Positions 30,122 through 40,595 of a DNA stretch of 64,000 nt are shown piece by piece. A program made the position numbers and the translations under genes. The DNA comes from Phycisphaerae bacterium (GTDB lineage Bacteria; Planctomycetota; Phycisphaerae; UBA1845). Location of the stretch: assembly GCA_963666835.2 (NCBI GenBank), contig CAXXGO010000006.1:32001-96000 (forward strand), written 5' to 3'. The notes beneath the pieces were generated by a model. The model saw nothing but the letters and a program-made list of their open reading frames with translations, did not search any database and was not told where the DNA came from. Within the stretch, counting starts at the first letter, position 1. Each line of letters opens with the position of its first letter.

Positions 30122-31116
30122 CTCCGCCGTGTCCGCGTAAGACCCGGACATGTACGCGCCAGTTGATACTCGATATGCGCGATGGACCGCGCGCCGGCGG
30201 CACGCTCGCCGGCGCGCGGTCCTCTCTTGTGCGCTACCGGCATAGCGCAGGCATCCTACCTGCAGTACGTCGAATAACGCCGGCAGTGTGGGTAGAGCAG
30301 CGACGGCCGGTGTAGGGCACGGTCGAGGTACGAGACCTGCCATGAACTACTCGGCATAACCTCCGCAGCCCCGGCCTGAAAAACGGTGACTGTCCCCTGT
30401 TTTGAACCCTGATCTCGGCGTTCTTCCTCACCCTGGAGGATGATACCAGCAGCTCGAGCAGCCTGACCACTACGTAGCTCCGCCGTGTCCGCGTAAGACC
30501 CGGACATATACGCGCCAGTTGATACTCGATATGCGCGATGGACCGCGCGCCGGCGGCACGCTCGCCGGCGCGCGGTCCTCTCTTGTGCGCTACCGGCATA
30601 GCGCAGGCATCCTACCTGCAGTACGTCGAATAACGCCGGCAGTGTGGGTAGAGCAGCGACGGCCGGTGTAGGGCATGGTCGAGGTACGAGACCTGCCATT
30701 GACTACTCGGCGTAACCTCCGCAGCCCCGGCCCGAAAAACGGTGACTGTCCCCCGTTTTGAACCCTGATCTCGGCGTTCTTCCTCACCCTGGAGGATGAT
30801 ACCAGCAGCTCGAGCAGCCTGACCACTACGTAGCTCCGCCGTGTCCGCGTAAGACCCGGACATATACGCGCCAGTTGATACTCGATATGCGCGATGGACC
30901 GCGCGCCGGCGGCACGCTCGCCGGCGCGCGGTCCTCTCTTGTGCGCTACCGGCATAGCGCAGGCATCCTACCTGCAGTACGTCGAATAACGCCGGCAGTG
31001 TGGGTAGAGCAGCGACGGCCGGTGTAGGGCATGGTCGAGGTACGAGACCTGCCATTGACTACTCGGCGTAACCTCCGCAGCCCCGGCCCGAAAAACGGTG
31101 ACTGTCCCCCGTTTTG
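30049..31116. repeat. 356-bp tandem triplication
   Basis: Units start at 30049, 30405 and 30761 (AACCCTGATCTCGG); each contains the 3' end of the small gene and REP motifs. Confidence 0.95.
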
Positions 31117-31193
31117 CCGTCCCCCGTTTTGCCGTCCCCCGTTTTGCCGTCCCCCGTTTTGCCGTCCCCCGTTTTGCCGTCCCCCGTTTTGCC
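31104..31193. repeat. 15-bp tandem repeat GTCCCCCGTTTTGCC x6
   Basis: Direct reading of the sequence. Confidence 0.95.
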
Positions 31194-31369
31194 TCGAGTA
31201 TCGGTCAAGGGCGGGTCGCTCACGCTCGCCGCCTGATTGCGCAGATCTTCATGGCCACGCAAGCGTGGACCATGGCACCCGGCATAACCCGCGTTCTTCC
31301 GGCAGGTCTCGTTCCTCGACCATGCCCTACAAAACTCGTCGTACGTTGACCGGCTTGTTCGGCGGCTTT

Positions 31370-31495
31370 TGCAGGCACGATGCCTGCGTTACGGGATGCC
31401 TGTGCTATGGGTTTTGCAGACAGGATGTCTGCGTTACGGATTCTGCAGACAGGATGTCTGCGTTACGAATTCTGCAGACAGGATGTCTGCGTTAC
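31370..31495. repeat. 29-bp-period tandem of the REP-like hairpin TGCAGACAGGATGTCTGCGTTAC (family F)
   Basis: Copies at 31415, 31444 and 31473; degenerate copy at 31370; inverted relative at ~26039. Confidence 0.85.
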
Positions 31496-31499
31496 TGGG

Positions 31500-32852
31500 T
31501 CAGCCCAATCCACCTTTGCGCCATAGATAATAGACCGGTCGGGTGGCGATCAGGCCGCGGAAGGTTTGGGCGAGGGTCCGGGGTGACTGCCGGGCGACGC
31601 GGGTACGCCCTCCGCCGGTGGTGCCGGCGTACCAATCATATACAACGCGGGCGACAATCTCCCGTATGCGACGCCGCCGTGACACCAAGGCCGGAAACCC
31701 CGCACTGTTGATGTCGACGTTCATAGCCTGCAGCTTCTCCAACGCAGCGCGCCGCCGGGCCGGGACCTCGTACTGCCCGATCCGCCGCATACCTGCCCGC
31801 TCGAAGACGGGATTGAACTCCCCCATCGCGGCTAAACACTCCACGTACTCCGTTCCCACCTGCGGCAGGGTTCGCCGCACGAGATAGTGCCCCAACCCGC
31901 ACCCGCGTACGTCCGGGTGAATGATCAGCCGCCGGAGAATCCGAAAACGCCGGTTGAGCAGCTTCGGATTACGCGAGAAACGCCGATCGGTGGCCTGGTT
32001 ACGCAAAGCCAGCTCGAGCGGACTGTGGGCGTAAACCACAATCCCGAGCGGTTCGCCCCCACGGCCCTCGCGCAGCAGGAAGACCTTATCAACGAACCCC
32101 AGCTCGTCCGCAGCACGATAATGCATCGCAGCAAACCCGGCATAGTCGCGCTTCGTCCCCGGCTCGATCCGCAAACGCCGCCGGAGCGAAAAGACCCGCC
32201 CTGCCGACTGCTCTCCGGGAACAACCTGAACTCGACCTCGACCGACCAACCGAACGATCAGATGCGGTTGAAGATCGGATAGAATGTCGTCATTGCTGCA
32301 CGCCACGACCGTGGCCGCGGGAAACACCGAGGCTACCCGGTGCAGGTTGAACGCTATCGCCCGCGCAACGCGGCGATGGAGGGTCGTGCAGAACTCATCG
32401 CAGAGCAGCGGGGCCGCAGTGCCCGCGCGATCATGCCGGGCAAGTGCCCGGGCAAGTCGCGCCCGGAACCTCTCGCCCTCTGAAAGCTCGTAGAACCTCC
32501 GCAGCCACAGGTGAGGCTCCCCGAGTCCGCAACGGGTGAGGATCGCGGCGGCCGTCCCAAGCGGCGCCCAAGGGGCGACGGCGTCTACGATAGCCGCATC
32601 CGGCGGAAACCCCACCCGCTGGACCATACAAGTCGCAGCGAAGCGGTGGGCGATCTGATCGAGTAGGGTCGACTTGCCGCTTCCGGACGGGCCGAGGATC
32701 AGCACGATCCGCCCCGGGCCGAGGGCGAGCCGAACCGGCTCGAGCACCGTAGCGGGCGCCGCCGCGAGCGGCACCCCAAAGCTCGAACCGATCTCGGCCG
32801 TCCGCCGCGACGGCCTAGCCGGCCGCGACAGCCGAACGCAAGTGAACTCCAT
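31500..32852 (-). CDS. ABC-type ATPase fused to a GNAT acetyltransferase domain (COG2401-like)
   Basis: Walker A GPSGSGKST, LSEGERFRARLA, Walker B CDEF; C-terminal HY, RLIIHPDVRGCGLG, AAMGEFNPVFERAGM; start uncertain. Confidence 0.8.
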   Translation of the reverse strand: MEFTCVRLSRPARPSRRTAEIGSSFGVPLAAAPATVLEPVRLALGPGRIVLILGPSGSGKSTLLDQIAHRFAATCMVQRVGFPPDAAIVDAVAPWAPLGTAAAILTRCGLGEPHLWLRRFYELSEGERFRARLARALARHDRAGTAAPLLCDEFCTTLHRRVARAIAFNLHRVASVFPAATVVACSNDDILSDLQPHLIVRLVGRGRVQVVPGEQSAGRVFSLRRRLRIEPGTKRDYAGFAAMHYRAADELGFVDKVFLLREGRGGEPLGIVVYAHSPLELALRNQATDRRFSRNPKLLNRRFRILRRLIIHPDVRGCGLGHYLVRRTLPQVGTEYVECLAAMGEFNPVFERAGMRRIGQYEVPARRRAALEKLQAMNVDINSAGFPALVSRRRRIREIVARVVYDWYAGTTGGGRTRVARQSPRTLAQTFRGLIATRPVYYLWRKGGLG

Positions 32853-33839
32853 CCCGCTGCCGGTTGCGGATCCCGTCGCCCCGACCGTGTCAACGTAACT
32901 CCCACCGCTTCGCATACGCTCCCCCCTCCGGAAAGAACCCCCAAGGCACGTCTTGCGAGCTCGGGCCACCCCGACCCAAGCCCGTTGTCGCCACGACCCC
33001 ACCGCGGCGAAGACCTAACAAAGCCCAAACAATAACAGCCCCCAATATTGCCTGTCAATACTAAAACAATAATTTCGCGGCGTTTCGAGCGGGCGAATCC
33101 GGGCTCGTCAGGAACACAGAGCGGATAATCCGGAATGTGGGAATTCGATCGTAAGTGCGTATGTGGAAACCGGTTATCTGCAAGGGCGAGTAGACCGCGA
33201 GATCCCTTCGGGGTGTTGCCCAGTCACGGGCGCCCCGGAAATGCACATTGAGCAGAGGCCGTGATCTGGCTCTGAACGCGTTCTGTCATCCGACCGGATC
33301 GACGGTAGCCGGAGGTCAAAGCCGCGCCTCCACGCACGGGCCAGATTCGCCGCAGACCCACTTTCGCCAAGCCGGCCGATCCGGACGCAACGGGAGCCGA
33401 CCTCACCGTGGTGTCAGTAGGTCGTCATTACGGCGGCCGGCGGTTGGCAGTTCTGCCACGCAATCCTGTCACCCAATCCGGTGGGGAACACGGCTCAGCC
33501 AGGTTGATCGGTGTAGCAGTCATAGACCGATAAGGTCAGTATCTGAAGGCGGTACCGTGGGGGCGGTCGTCCGTCATCGGATCGCGCTTCTTCTCACATC
33601 GCGCCGTGTTGCTTTGTTGTTGATGGCACAACGCCCCACGCTTCTTGACCGGCGTAGGGCGGTCTTCTACGATCCTCGCCGGTATGGCGGGTCGCCGAGA
33701 CGCTGAGGGTTATTCGATGCGTCTGTTCGGAGGGGGGCCGGTAGCCGGAGCGAGGGGGTGCAGGCCCCGGCTTCGGCGACGTCCGCAGACCGTCCCGCCT
33801 CGATTAACTCCAAGAGTGTTTTACGAAGGCAGAGTCGCG

Positions 33840-35135
33840 ATGATCGGCATTCGCCATGAAGACAAGAACCGTTGGGAGGCCCGAGTTCCGCTCGTTCCTC
33901 AGGATATCGAAACCCTCATCCGTGACCATGCCCTGGAGTTTCGAATCCAGAGATCGCCGGTCCGGAAGTTCCCGGAGGCGGATTACACCAAAGCCGGCGC
34001 CACCGTCGTCGATGACCTGAACGACTGCCCCGTAGTCATCGGTGTAAAGGAAATACCGCCCGAGCAGTTCCTCCCTGAGCGAACGTACATGTTCTTCTCG
34101 CACACGATCAAGGGGCAGCCCGCGAACATGCCGGCTCTGCGGCGTTTGATGGAACTGAAATGCCAGCTCATCGACTACGAGAAGATCGTCGACGACCAGG
34201 GTCGGCGGCTGGTCTTCTTCGGCCGGTTCGCCGGGCTGGCCGGTATGATCGATGCGTTGTGGACGTTGGGACAGCGCTTGCAGCACGAAGGGATCGCCAG
34301 CCCCTTCGCTACGATTCGCCCGGCCCACGAATACAACAACCTCGAACACGCCCAGGCAGAGATCGCCAAGGTGGGCGAGAAGATCCGGGCGGACGGTCTT
34401 CCCGAGGCGTGTCGCCCGCTCGTTTGCGGGTTCACCGGCTACGGGCAGGTGTCACAGGGTGCCCAGCAGATCTTCGATCTTCTTCCGGTTGAGGAGGTAG
34501 CCCCGGGCGATCTGGCGAATCTGCCGGGGTCGGTGCAGGGATGTGTCAAGACGGTGTTCTACGAGAAGGACATGGTTGCTCGCGTCGATCAATCCGCCCC
34601 GTTCGAGCTGCAAGAGTATTACGACCATCCGGAGCGCTACCGCGGCAAGTTCGCCGATTTCGTGCCGCACCTGAGCATGTTGGTCAACGGCATTTACTGG
34701 GAACCGCGGTACCCGCGGCTTATTACCTGCGACTTACTCCGCGACCTGTTCGGAAAGCCCCAGCGCCCGCGGTTGCGCGTGATTGCCGACATCTCCGCGG
34801 ATATCGAAGGCTCGGTGGAGTGCATGGTCAAAGCTACGACATCGGACGAGCCTGTCTTCGTTTATGAACCGGCCACCGGGCAGGTGCGCGACGGGGTCGC
34901 TGGAAACGGTCCGGTGATCCTCGCGGTGGACAACCTGCCCTGCGAATTGCCGGTGGACGCTTCACAGTACTTCAGCCGGTCGCTGAGCCCCTTTATCCCG
35001 GCTCTGGACCGAACCGATTTCAGTGTGTCGCTGGCGGAGAGCGGGATGCCTCCGGAGCTTCAGCGGGCCACCATCCTCTATCATGGAGAGCTAACCGAGC
35101 CGTATCGTTACCTGGAGAAGTTCGTAAAGGATTAG
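33840..35135 (+). CDS. lysine-ketoglutarate reductase (LKR domain of AASS)
   Basis: IGIRHEDKNRWE, GVKE, FFSHTIKGQPANM, IDYEKI, NGIYW, IADISAD, VDNLPCELP. Confidence 0.88.
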   Translation: MIGIRHEDKNRWEARVPLVPQDIETLIRDHALEFRIQRSPVRKFPEADYTKAGATVVDDLNDCPVVIGVKEIPPEQFLPERTYMFFSHTIKGQPANMPALRRLMELKCQLIDYEKIVDDQGRRLVFFGRFAGLAGMIDALWTLGQRLQHEGIASPFATIRPAHEYNNLEHAQAEIAKVGEKIRADGLPEACRPLVCGFTGYGQVSQGAQQIFDLLPVEEVAPGDLANLPGSVQGCVKTVFYEKDMVARVDQSAPFELQEYYDHPERYRGKFADFVPHLSMLVNGIYWEPRYPRLITCDLLRDLFGKPQRPRLRVIADISADIEGSVECMVKATTSDEPVFVYEPATGQVRDGVAGNGPVILAVDNLPCELPVDASQYFSRSLSPFIPALDRTDFSVSLAESGMPPELQRATILYHGELTEPYRYLEKFVKD

Positions 35136-35242
35136 TCTACCCCGCAACGGTGCGATCGGCTCTGGCCTCAGAGCAGTTCCCACTATAGGCTTCCGGCTTG
35201 GCGGTGTACCGTTGCGATTGCGTGAATGCAGGAGAAGATCTT

Positions 35243-36574
35243 ATGAAGAAGGTTCTGGTTCTTGGTGCCGGGCTCGTTACTCGCCCGTTAGTTCGCTATT
35301 TGCTCGATCAACCGGATTTCCACGTGACGGTCGCCAGCCGAACCGTCAGCAAGGCGGAGAAGCTGATCGACGGCCATCCCAAAGGCACGGCGCTTCCGCT
35401 TCTGGCGAATGACACCGCCAAGCTCGACAAGCTCGTCAGCGAGCACGACCTGGCAATAAGTCTGCTGCCGGCGCCGCTTCACCCGGTGGTGGCCGAGATG
35501 TGTATCAAGCACAAGAAACACATGGTCACGACCTCATACGTCAGCCCGACCATGAAGGCTCTGGACGGTCCCGCCCGCGATGCCGGCGTTATGATCCTCA
35601 ACGAGATCGGCGTGGACCCGGGTATCGACCACATGTCCGCAATGCGGATCATCGACGACGTAAGGAAGCGCGGCGGTAAGGTCACCCACTTCAAATCGTA
35701 TTGCGGCGGACTGCCCGCACCGGAGTGCAACGATAACCCCTTCGGATACAAGTTCTCGTGGAGCCCGCGGGCGGTCTGCACGGCCGGCAAGAACGACGGG
35801 CGGTTCCGGGAAGACGGTAAGCAGGTCGACGTTCCCGGTGTTGATCTGTTCACGTGCAACCATCGCGTGCAGGTGGACGGCGTAGGCGAGCTGGAAGCGT
35901 ATCCGAACCGGGATTCGCTGGGCTACATCGACGTCTACGGTCTCGAAGGGATCGAGACTATGTTCCGCGGGACATTCCGTTACGTCGGATGGTGCGAGAC
36001 GCTCAAGAAGGTCGTCGACCTCGGCATGCTCGATGAGACGCCCGTCACCTACCCGGCCGGGACAACCTATGCGAAGTACATGGGCACGCTGCTCAAGGGC
36101 GCTCCTTCGGGCGACATCCGCAAGGACGTGGCCGCAGCGGTGAACCTGGACCCGGCCTCGCCGATTCTCGATCGGCTCGAGTGGCTCGGGCTGTTCTCCG
36201 ACGACGTGATCGCCATCACCGGAGAGGAGACGACCGCTCTGGACGTGCTCAGCGCCCGGCTGCTGGAGAAGATGCCCTACAAGCCCGGCGAGCGGGACAT
36301 GATTGCGCTGTGCCATTACTTTACGGCGAAGTTCCCGGACGGCGCGGAAGAGAAGATCACCTCGACGATGATCGACTACGGTCAGGAGAACGGTGATTCT
36401 TCGATGGCGCGCACGGTTAGCCTGCCGGCCGCGATAGCTACGAATCTGATTCTGACCGGGAAGATGATGAAGCCGGGCGTCCATATCCCGGTGACACCGG
36501 ACCTGTACAACCCGGTCCTCGACGAGCTGGCCACCATGGACATCAAGTGCGTGGAGAAAACCAGCCGCGCGTAA
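35243..36574 (+). CDS. saccharopine dehydrogenase (L-glutamate forming; Lys9/SDH-like)
   Basis: VLVLGAG, TTSYVSP, NEIGVDPGIDH, SYCGGLPAPE, YKFSWSP, YPNRDS, MARTVSLPAAI. Confidence 0.92.
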   Translation: MKKVLVLGAGLVTRPLVRYLLDQPDFHVTVASRTVSKAEKLIDGHPKGTALPLLANDTAKLDKLVSEHDLAISLLPAPLHPVVAEMCIKHKKHMVTTSYVSPTMKALDGPARDAGVMILNEIGVDPGIDHMSAMRIIDDVRKRGGKVTHFKSYCGGLPAPECNDNPFGYKFSWSPRAVCTAGKNDGRFREDGKQVDVPGVDLFTCNHRVQVDGVGELEAYPNRDSLGYIDVYGLEGIETMFRGTFRYVGWCETLKKVVDLGMLDETPVTYPAGTTYAKYMGTLLKGAPSGDIRKDVAAAVNLDPASPILDRLEWLGLFSDDVIAITGEETTALDVLSARLLEKMPYKPGERDMIALCHYFTAKFPDGAEEKITSTMIDYGQENGDSSMARTVSLPAAIATNLILTGKMMKPGVHIPVTPDLYNPVLDELATMDIKCVEKTSRA

Positions 36575-36674
36575 CAATCAACTCGCCCCGCTTCAACCGG
36601 TGAGGTGCGCGGAGGCAAACGGCTCAATTGGGATGTTGCCGAACTGCGGTTCCCAAGACGAGCCGGCTGGTAAA

Positions 36675-36717
36675 CGAGGGAGGATCGAGCGGCCAACCGC
36701 CGCTCGATCCTCCCTCG
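36675..36717. terminator. hairpin between convergent genes
   Basis: 19-bp perfect stem CGAGGGAGGATCGAGCGGC/GCCGCTCGATCCTCCCTCG. Confidence 0.7.
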
Positions 36718-36736
36718 GTTCATTCGGGCGCCGGTC

Positions 36737-39271
36737 CTACGGGCAGTCCATCGGGTCGCTGTAGGGATACGGATCGCCCTGGAACGCTTGCGCGATCCGC
36801 ATTATGTCGGTCATGTTGAGTACGAAGTTGGGCACCTCCGGGTCGACGTCTACCCAAAGCAGGTCCGGGGCGGTCTCGGCCGCCTGGAACCTCTGCACGG
36901 CCGCCATGATGTCGTCCATGCTGACGATCCCGTTCGGCACCGTCCACCGCGTCCCGTCGAAGTTCCCCACGACGTCGGCCCAGTGCTTCGGCGCAGGGCG
37001 ACCTACCGTGACCACCACCGCCGGGTCCCCGAACGCGATCCCGTCTTCAGTAGCCCGGATCTCATAGGCGGATCCCGCGGCGATTTCGCAATCGCCCACG
37101 TGTACAGTCCCCTCATCCCAAACACGATAAACCGGAGCATCGACTACCAGTGCGATATCATCATCATTCGGCTCCCCGATCCATCCGAGCACTCCGGTCG
37201 ACGACGGAAAGTGCTCGCTGGCGGTCATCTCTACGCGCAGGGCGACCGGATCGGTATCACTGGGGGCGATCGAGATGTAGCGGTTCTTTTTACCACCAGC
37301 AAGCACCGTCAACGTCACGGGCAAAGAGACGCGCATGGGTATCAGGAAGCTGCCCGAATCAGCCGCGAAGCTCTGCCCGCTGTCAGGGTCGATCGCAATC
37401 TCAAAGGTCGTACCGGCCGTTGCATCAGGTGAAACGTGCAACGTGAAGTCGCCGATATACCTCGGCTCACTTCCGACGGTGACGAAGCTGGTAAGCGCCG
37501 CGGCACCGATCTGGGAGAAATCGCACGCCGCTACCGGCAAGGAGTCGATGCCGCTGAAGACATAATCGGGCCGGGTATCGTCAACCTGAGCTCCGGTCGG
37601 GCAATCGAGCGTGACCGAGCCTTCTCCGGAGGTGCGGGTGATCATGAGCGTCGCCTGATACCCCGCCAGATCGCCGAGTTCTTCCACAAACAGCTCAACC
37701 GGGATTTCCGTGTCGGGCGGTGCGGCCGTAGTCTCCAGTTCGAAGGTCATCAGGGCGTCCACCGGCTCGCAGGCCGGATCCGGCGGGCACCCGGTGCCGT
37801 GCCCGGAGTAGATCCCCGGAGCCACAACGCAATCCAGGTCGGTCAACACCACGCACGAGCCGTCTGCCATGCAACATGCTCCGGGCTCCTTGATGGTCAC
37901 CTCGATCTCGTACAACTGGGTTTCGGTGGGGGCGCCCTCTTCGTACACCCGAATGTAGTAATCTCCCGGGGCGGGCAGAATGACATCCGTAAGCGTCTCG
38001 GCAATCCCCATGTTCTGCGAATCGGCCGTGGCCAGGACCGTCTCTCCGTCCGTATCGACCACCTGCATGTTCAGATTGGCGACCCGGTAGCTGTCGACGT
38101 AGTTGCAGCACGTGCAGCCGCTGGATTCTTCCGGGCTCGAGTCGTAGTGCCGGCCCATCGGGGTCAATGTGAAGCTGGCGGCCGTCTGCTCCCCGGTAAC
38201 CGTGAACCGGAACCAATCCTCTTCGCCGTTACCGTCGATACTGGCGAGCGAACTGTCGGGGATACTGGGCGAGGGAACCTCACCTATAATCAAAGGTGTT
38301 CCCAACTCCGCCGTGCCGACGTAGGCGGCGTCAACGGCCGAGTCGATATCCTCGAACGGGTCTCCGTACTGGCGCTGGCCCGCCCGCAAGTCATCATGCT
38401 GGGGACCATCGAACGTTGTGTTGACATACGGCTCCATGAGCTGGTTCGTGTTGTCCGAGCACACATGCTGGAAACCGAGACCGTGTCCGTGTTCATGGGT
38501 GACGACGTTGCGGAGATAGCGGTAGTTGTTGGAGGTCGATCCCCACCCCTCGTTACGATCAATCACCATATCGCCGTTGGACGGGAAGAAGTTGTACGCC
38601 AAGACGCTGCTGCCTCCGTCAATGTAGCGCATGCTGATTCGGACATCGCCGCGAGTAGAGCTGCCGCTCGAGCCCCACGCCGCCCCATCGTCCCAGTCCT
38701 CGCCACCATACGTAATCCTCGTATACGACATCCCGGTGAGCTCCTCCCACCGCGCAAAGCAGCTCTCGATCAAACTGATCCACAACGCTCGGTTGCCGTT
38801 GAAGAGCGTGTCCATACGGCTGAACAGCTCGCTCGGAGCGCTATTCCCGTTATTGTCCCATGATCCGGCCGGGGTGATCGTGGTTCCATCCGGTACGAAG
38901 CTCCACCGCAGTTCGCGCGGCGTGCCGCGGAGTCCGGACCATCGCCCGCCGACAAAGTACTTCGACCCGTCCGGAGGGCTTCGGACCTCTTCATAGACGG
39001 CCGTGACGATGTCCTTGGGCGTTCCGGGGGCGAAGCACACGGCCAGGGGTGCATCGAGCCCCGAGCCGGCATCCGCCAGGGGTCCCGAGATGTCGGAAGA
39101 CGCCCACGACACCATCGGAATCCCGTAAGCGTCCTTCGCAGCGCTCAATTCGCTCACCCGATTCGCGTCCCCCTTGAGGGACACGTCGGAATTACCGCCG
39201 CACAAAACCACCGCGCTTGCTGACGCAAGCAGGACCATTACCGCTGCCCCGGATTTCCTGGAGACTGCCAT
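36737..39271 (-). CDS. secreted matrixin-like (metzincin) metalloprotease with PPC-like, GACC, cohesin-like and C-terminal dockerin-like modules
   Basis: HEHGHGLGFQH...LMEP Met-turn; EEDWFRF and GDYYIRV; GACC; C-terminal duplicated MDDIMAAVQRF/MTDIMRIAQAF. Confidence 0.85.
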   Translation of the reverse strand: MAVSRKSGAAVMVLLASASAVVLCGGNSDVSLKGDANRVSELSAAKDAYGIPMVSWASSDISGPLADAGSGLDAPLAVCFAPGTPKDIVTAVYEEVRSPPDGSKYFVGGRWSGLRGTPRELRWSFVPDGTTITPAGSWDNNGNSAPSELFSRMDTLFNGNRALWISLIESCFARWEELTGMSYTRITYGGEDWDDGAAWGSSGSSTRGDVRISMRYIDGGSSVLAYNFFPSNGDMVIDRNEGWGSTSNNYRYLRNVVTHEHGHGLGFQHVCSDNTNQLMEPYVNTTFDGPQHDDLRAGQRQYGDPFEDIDSAVDAAYVGTAELGTPLIIGEVPSPSIPDSSLASIDGNGEEDWFRFTVTGEQTAASFTLTPMGRHYDSSPEESSGCTCCNYVDSYRVANLNMQVVDTDGETVLATADSQNMGIAETLTDVILPAPGDYYIRVYEEGAPTETQLYEIEVTIKEPGACCMADGSCVVLTDLDCVVAPGIYSGHGTGCPPDPACEPVDALMTFELETTAAPPDTEIPVELFVEELGDLAGYQATLMITRTSGEGSVTLDCPTGAQVDDTRPDYVFSGIDSLPVAACDFSQIGAAALTSFVTVGSEPRYIGDFTLHVSPDATAGTTFEIAIDPDSGQSFAADSGSFLIPMRVSLPVTLTVLAGGKKNRYISIAPSDTDPVALRVEMTASEHFPSSTGVLGWIGEPNDDDIALVVDAPVYRVWDEGTVHVGDCEIAAGSAYEIRATEDGIAFGDPAVVVTVGRPAPKHWADVVGNFDGTRWTVPNGIVSMDDIMAAVQRFQAAETAPDLLWVDVDPEVPNFVLNMTDIMRIAQAFQGDPYPYSDPMDCP

Positions 39272-39456
39272 ATCAACTCCTCTCTTAAAACGGTCGCCCC
39301 CGCCCGGCCGATCAGATACCGCTCAACAGAATCGCCTTATCCCATGTTACAAGGCTCGCGTTCGCGAATCCTGACATTTCTGCCCCGCAGAATTGTGTGT
39401 TTTCGTCCGATATCGCATTCGGACGTTCCGCCGCTCGTGTGTCACGCGAAGACCCC

Positions 39457-40595
39457 GTAGGGCATGGTCGAGGAACGAGACCTGCCGCGGTGGTCGATAC
39501 CTGATCATCGGCTCACCCACGTCCGGCAGGAATAGCGGGTGTAGGGCATGGTCGAGGAACGAGACCTGCCGTTGGTCTTCGTGCAATGTGCGGCTTCGAT
39601 GGCAGGTCTCGTACCTCGACCGTGCCCTACGAGGGTGACAATCGGGTGTCATGGGGCAACGTGTTGACCCGTGGAGCTTGACGCGATGCATGACTCCACG
39701 GGCAAGCTGGAACGGTCCATACCCCGAACGCGAGATCTTCGTGCAATGTGCGGCTTCGATGGCAGGTCTCGTACCTCGACCGTGCCCTACGAGGGTGACA
39801 ATCGGGTGTCATGGGGCAACGTGTTGACCCGTGGAGCTTGACGCGATGCATGACTCCACGGGCAAGCTGGAACGGTCCATGCCCCGAACGCGAAATCTTC
39901 GTGCAATGTGCGGCTTCTATGGCAGGTCTCGTACCTCGACCGTGCCCTACGCGGGATGCCAACCATGTGGCAACGCCGGTTCTGCACTGCTCAAAAGCAG
40001 TGGCACATCGGCCGGGGTGAAGCCCCTTGGGGCGACAGGTCCTTTTAGCCCCACGGCGTAAGCCTGGGGAAACTGTGCGGCTGCTTCACACCAAGCCCTT
40101 TGCGGGCGGCAGAAGGCGTCGGGGTTTGGATCGGACGCCGGTGATTCCACATCGCACCAGGGCACGGTGGCGACGGCCGGGACCTCTTCGATTATTGAGG
40201 TGCCGCCCCTGGCGGGGCTGGGGTTGACGTGCGACTCGATCCCGCGGCTGACGCCGCGGGCTAGGCAGAGCTGCCGCCCTGGCGGGCTAATCCCGCGAGA
40301 CACGCGAGTGTAGGGCGTGGTCGAGGAACGAGACCTGCCGCAATGGTCGATACCTGATCATCGGCTCACCCACGTCCGGCAGGAATAGCGGGTGTAGGGC
40401 ATGGTCGAGGAACGAGACCTGCCGCGGTGGTCGACGCCCGATCATCGGCTCACCCACGTCCGGCAGGAATAGCGAGTGTAGGGCATGGTCGAGGAACGAG
40501 ACCTGCCGCGGTGGTCGGTACCTGATCATCGGCTCACCCACGTCCGGCAGGAATAGCGGGTGTAGGGCATGGTCGAGGAACGAGACCGTGCCCTA
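39457..40595. repeat. BIME-like REP cluster: 84-bp and 160-bp tandem units of family A plus a family E element
   Basis: GTAGGGCATGGTCGAGGAACGAGACC at 39457, 39541, 40310, 40394, 40478 and 40562; inverted copies at 39601, 39761 and 39921. Confidence 0.9.

Noticed and set aside
30047..31711. ORFs of 98-226 aa within the tandem repeats (e.g. RPPFC repeats)
   Set aside because: By-products of repeated non-coding DNA
33060..33830. Possible lysine riboswitch upstream of the LKR gene
   Set aside because: Could not identify the conserved L-box core by eye; needs an Infernal search
37436..38863. Long antisense ORFs (also 1224-2117, 35534-36577 and 59271-60635)
   Set aside because: Shadows of well-supported genes on the opposite strand in GC-rich DNA
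39457..40595. CRISPR-like ~30-bp repeats at regular spacing
   Set aside because: The 'spacers' are near-identical, the repeats occur in both orientations and dispersed across the window, and there are no cas genes; this fits REP/BIME
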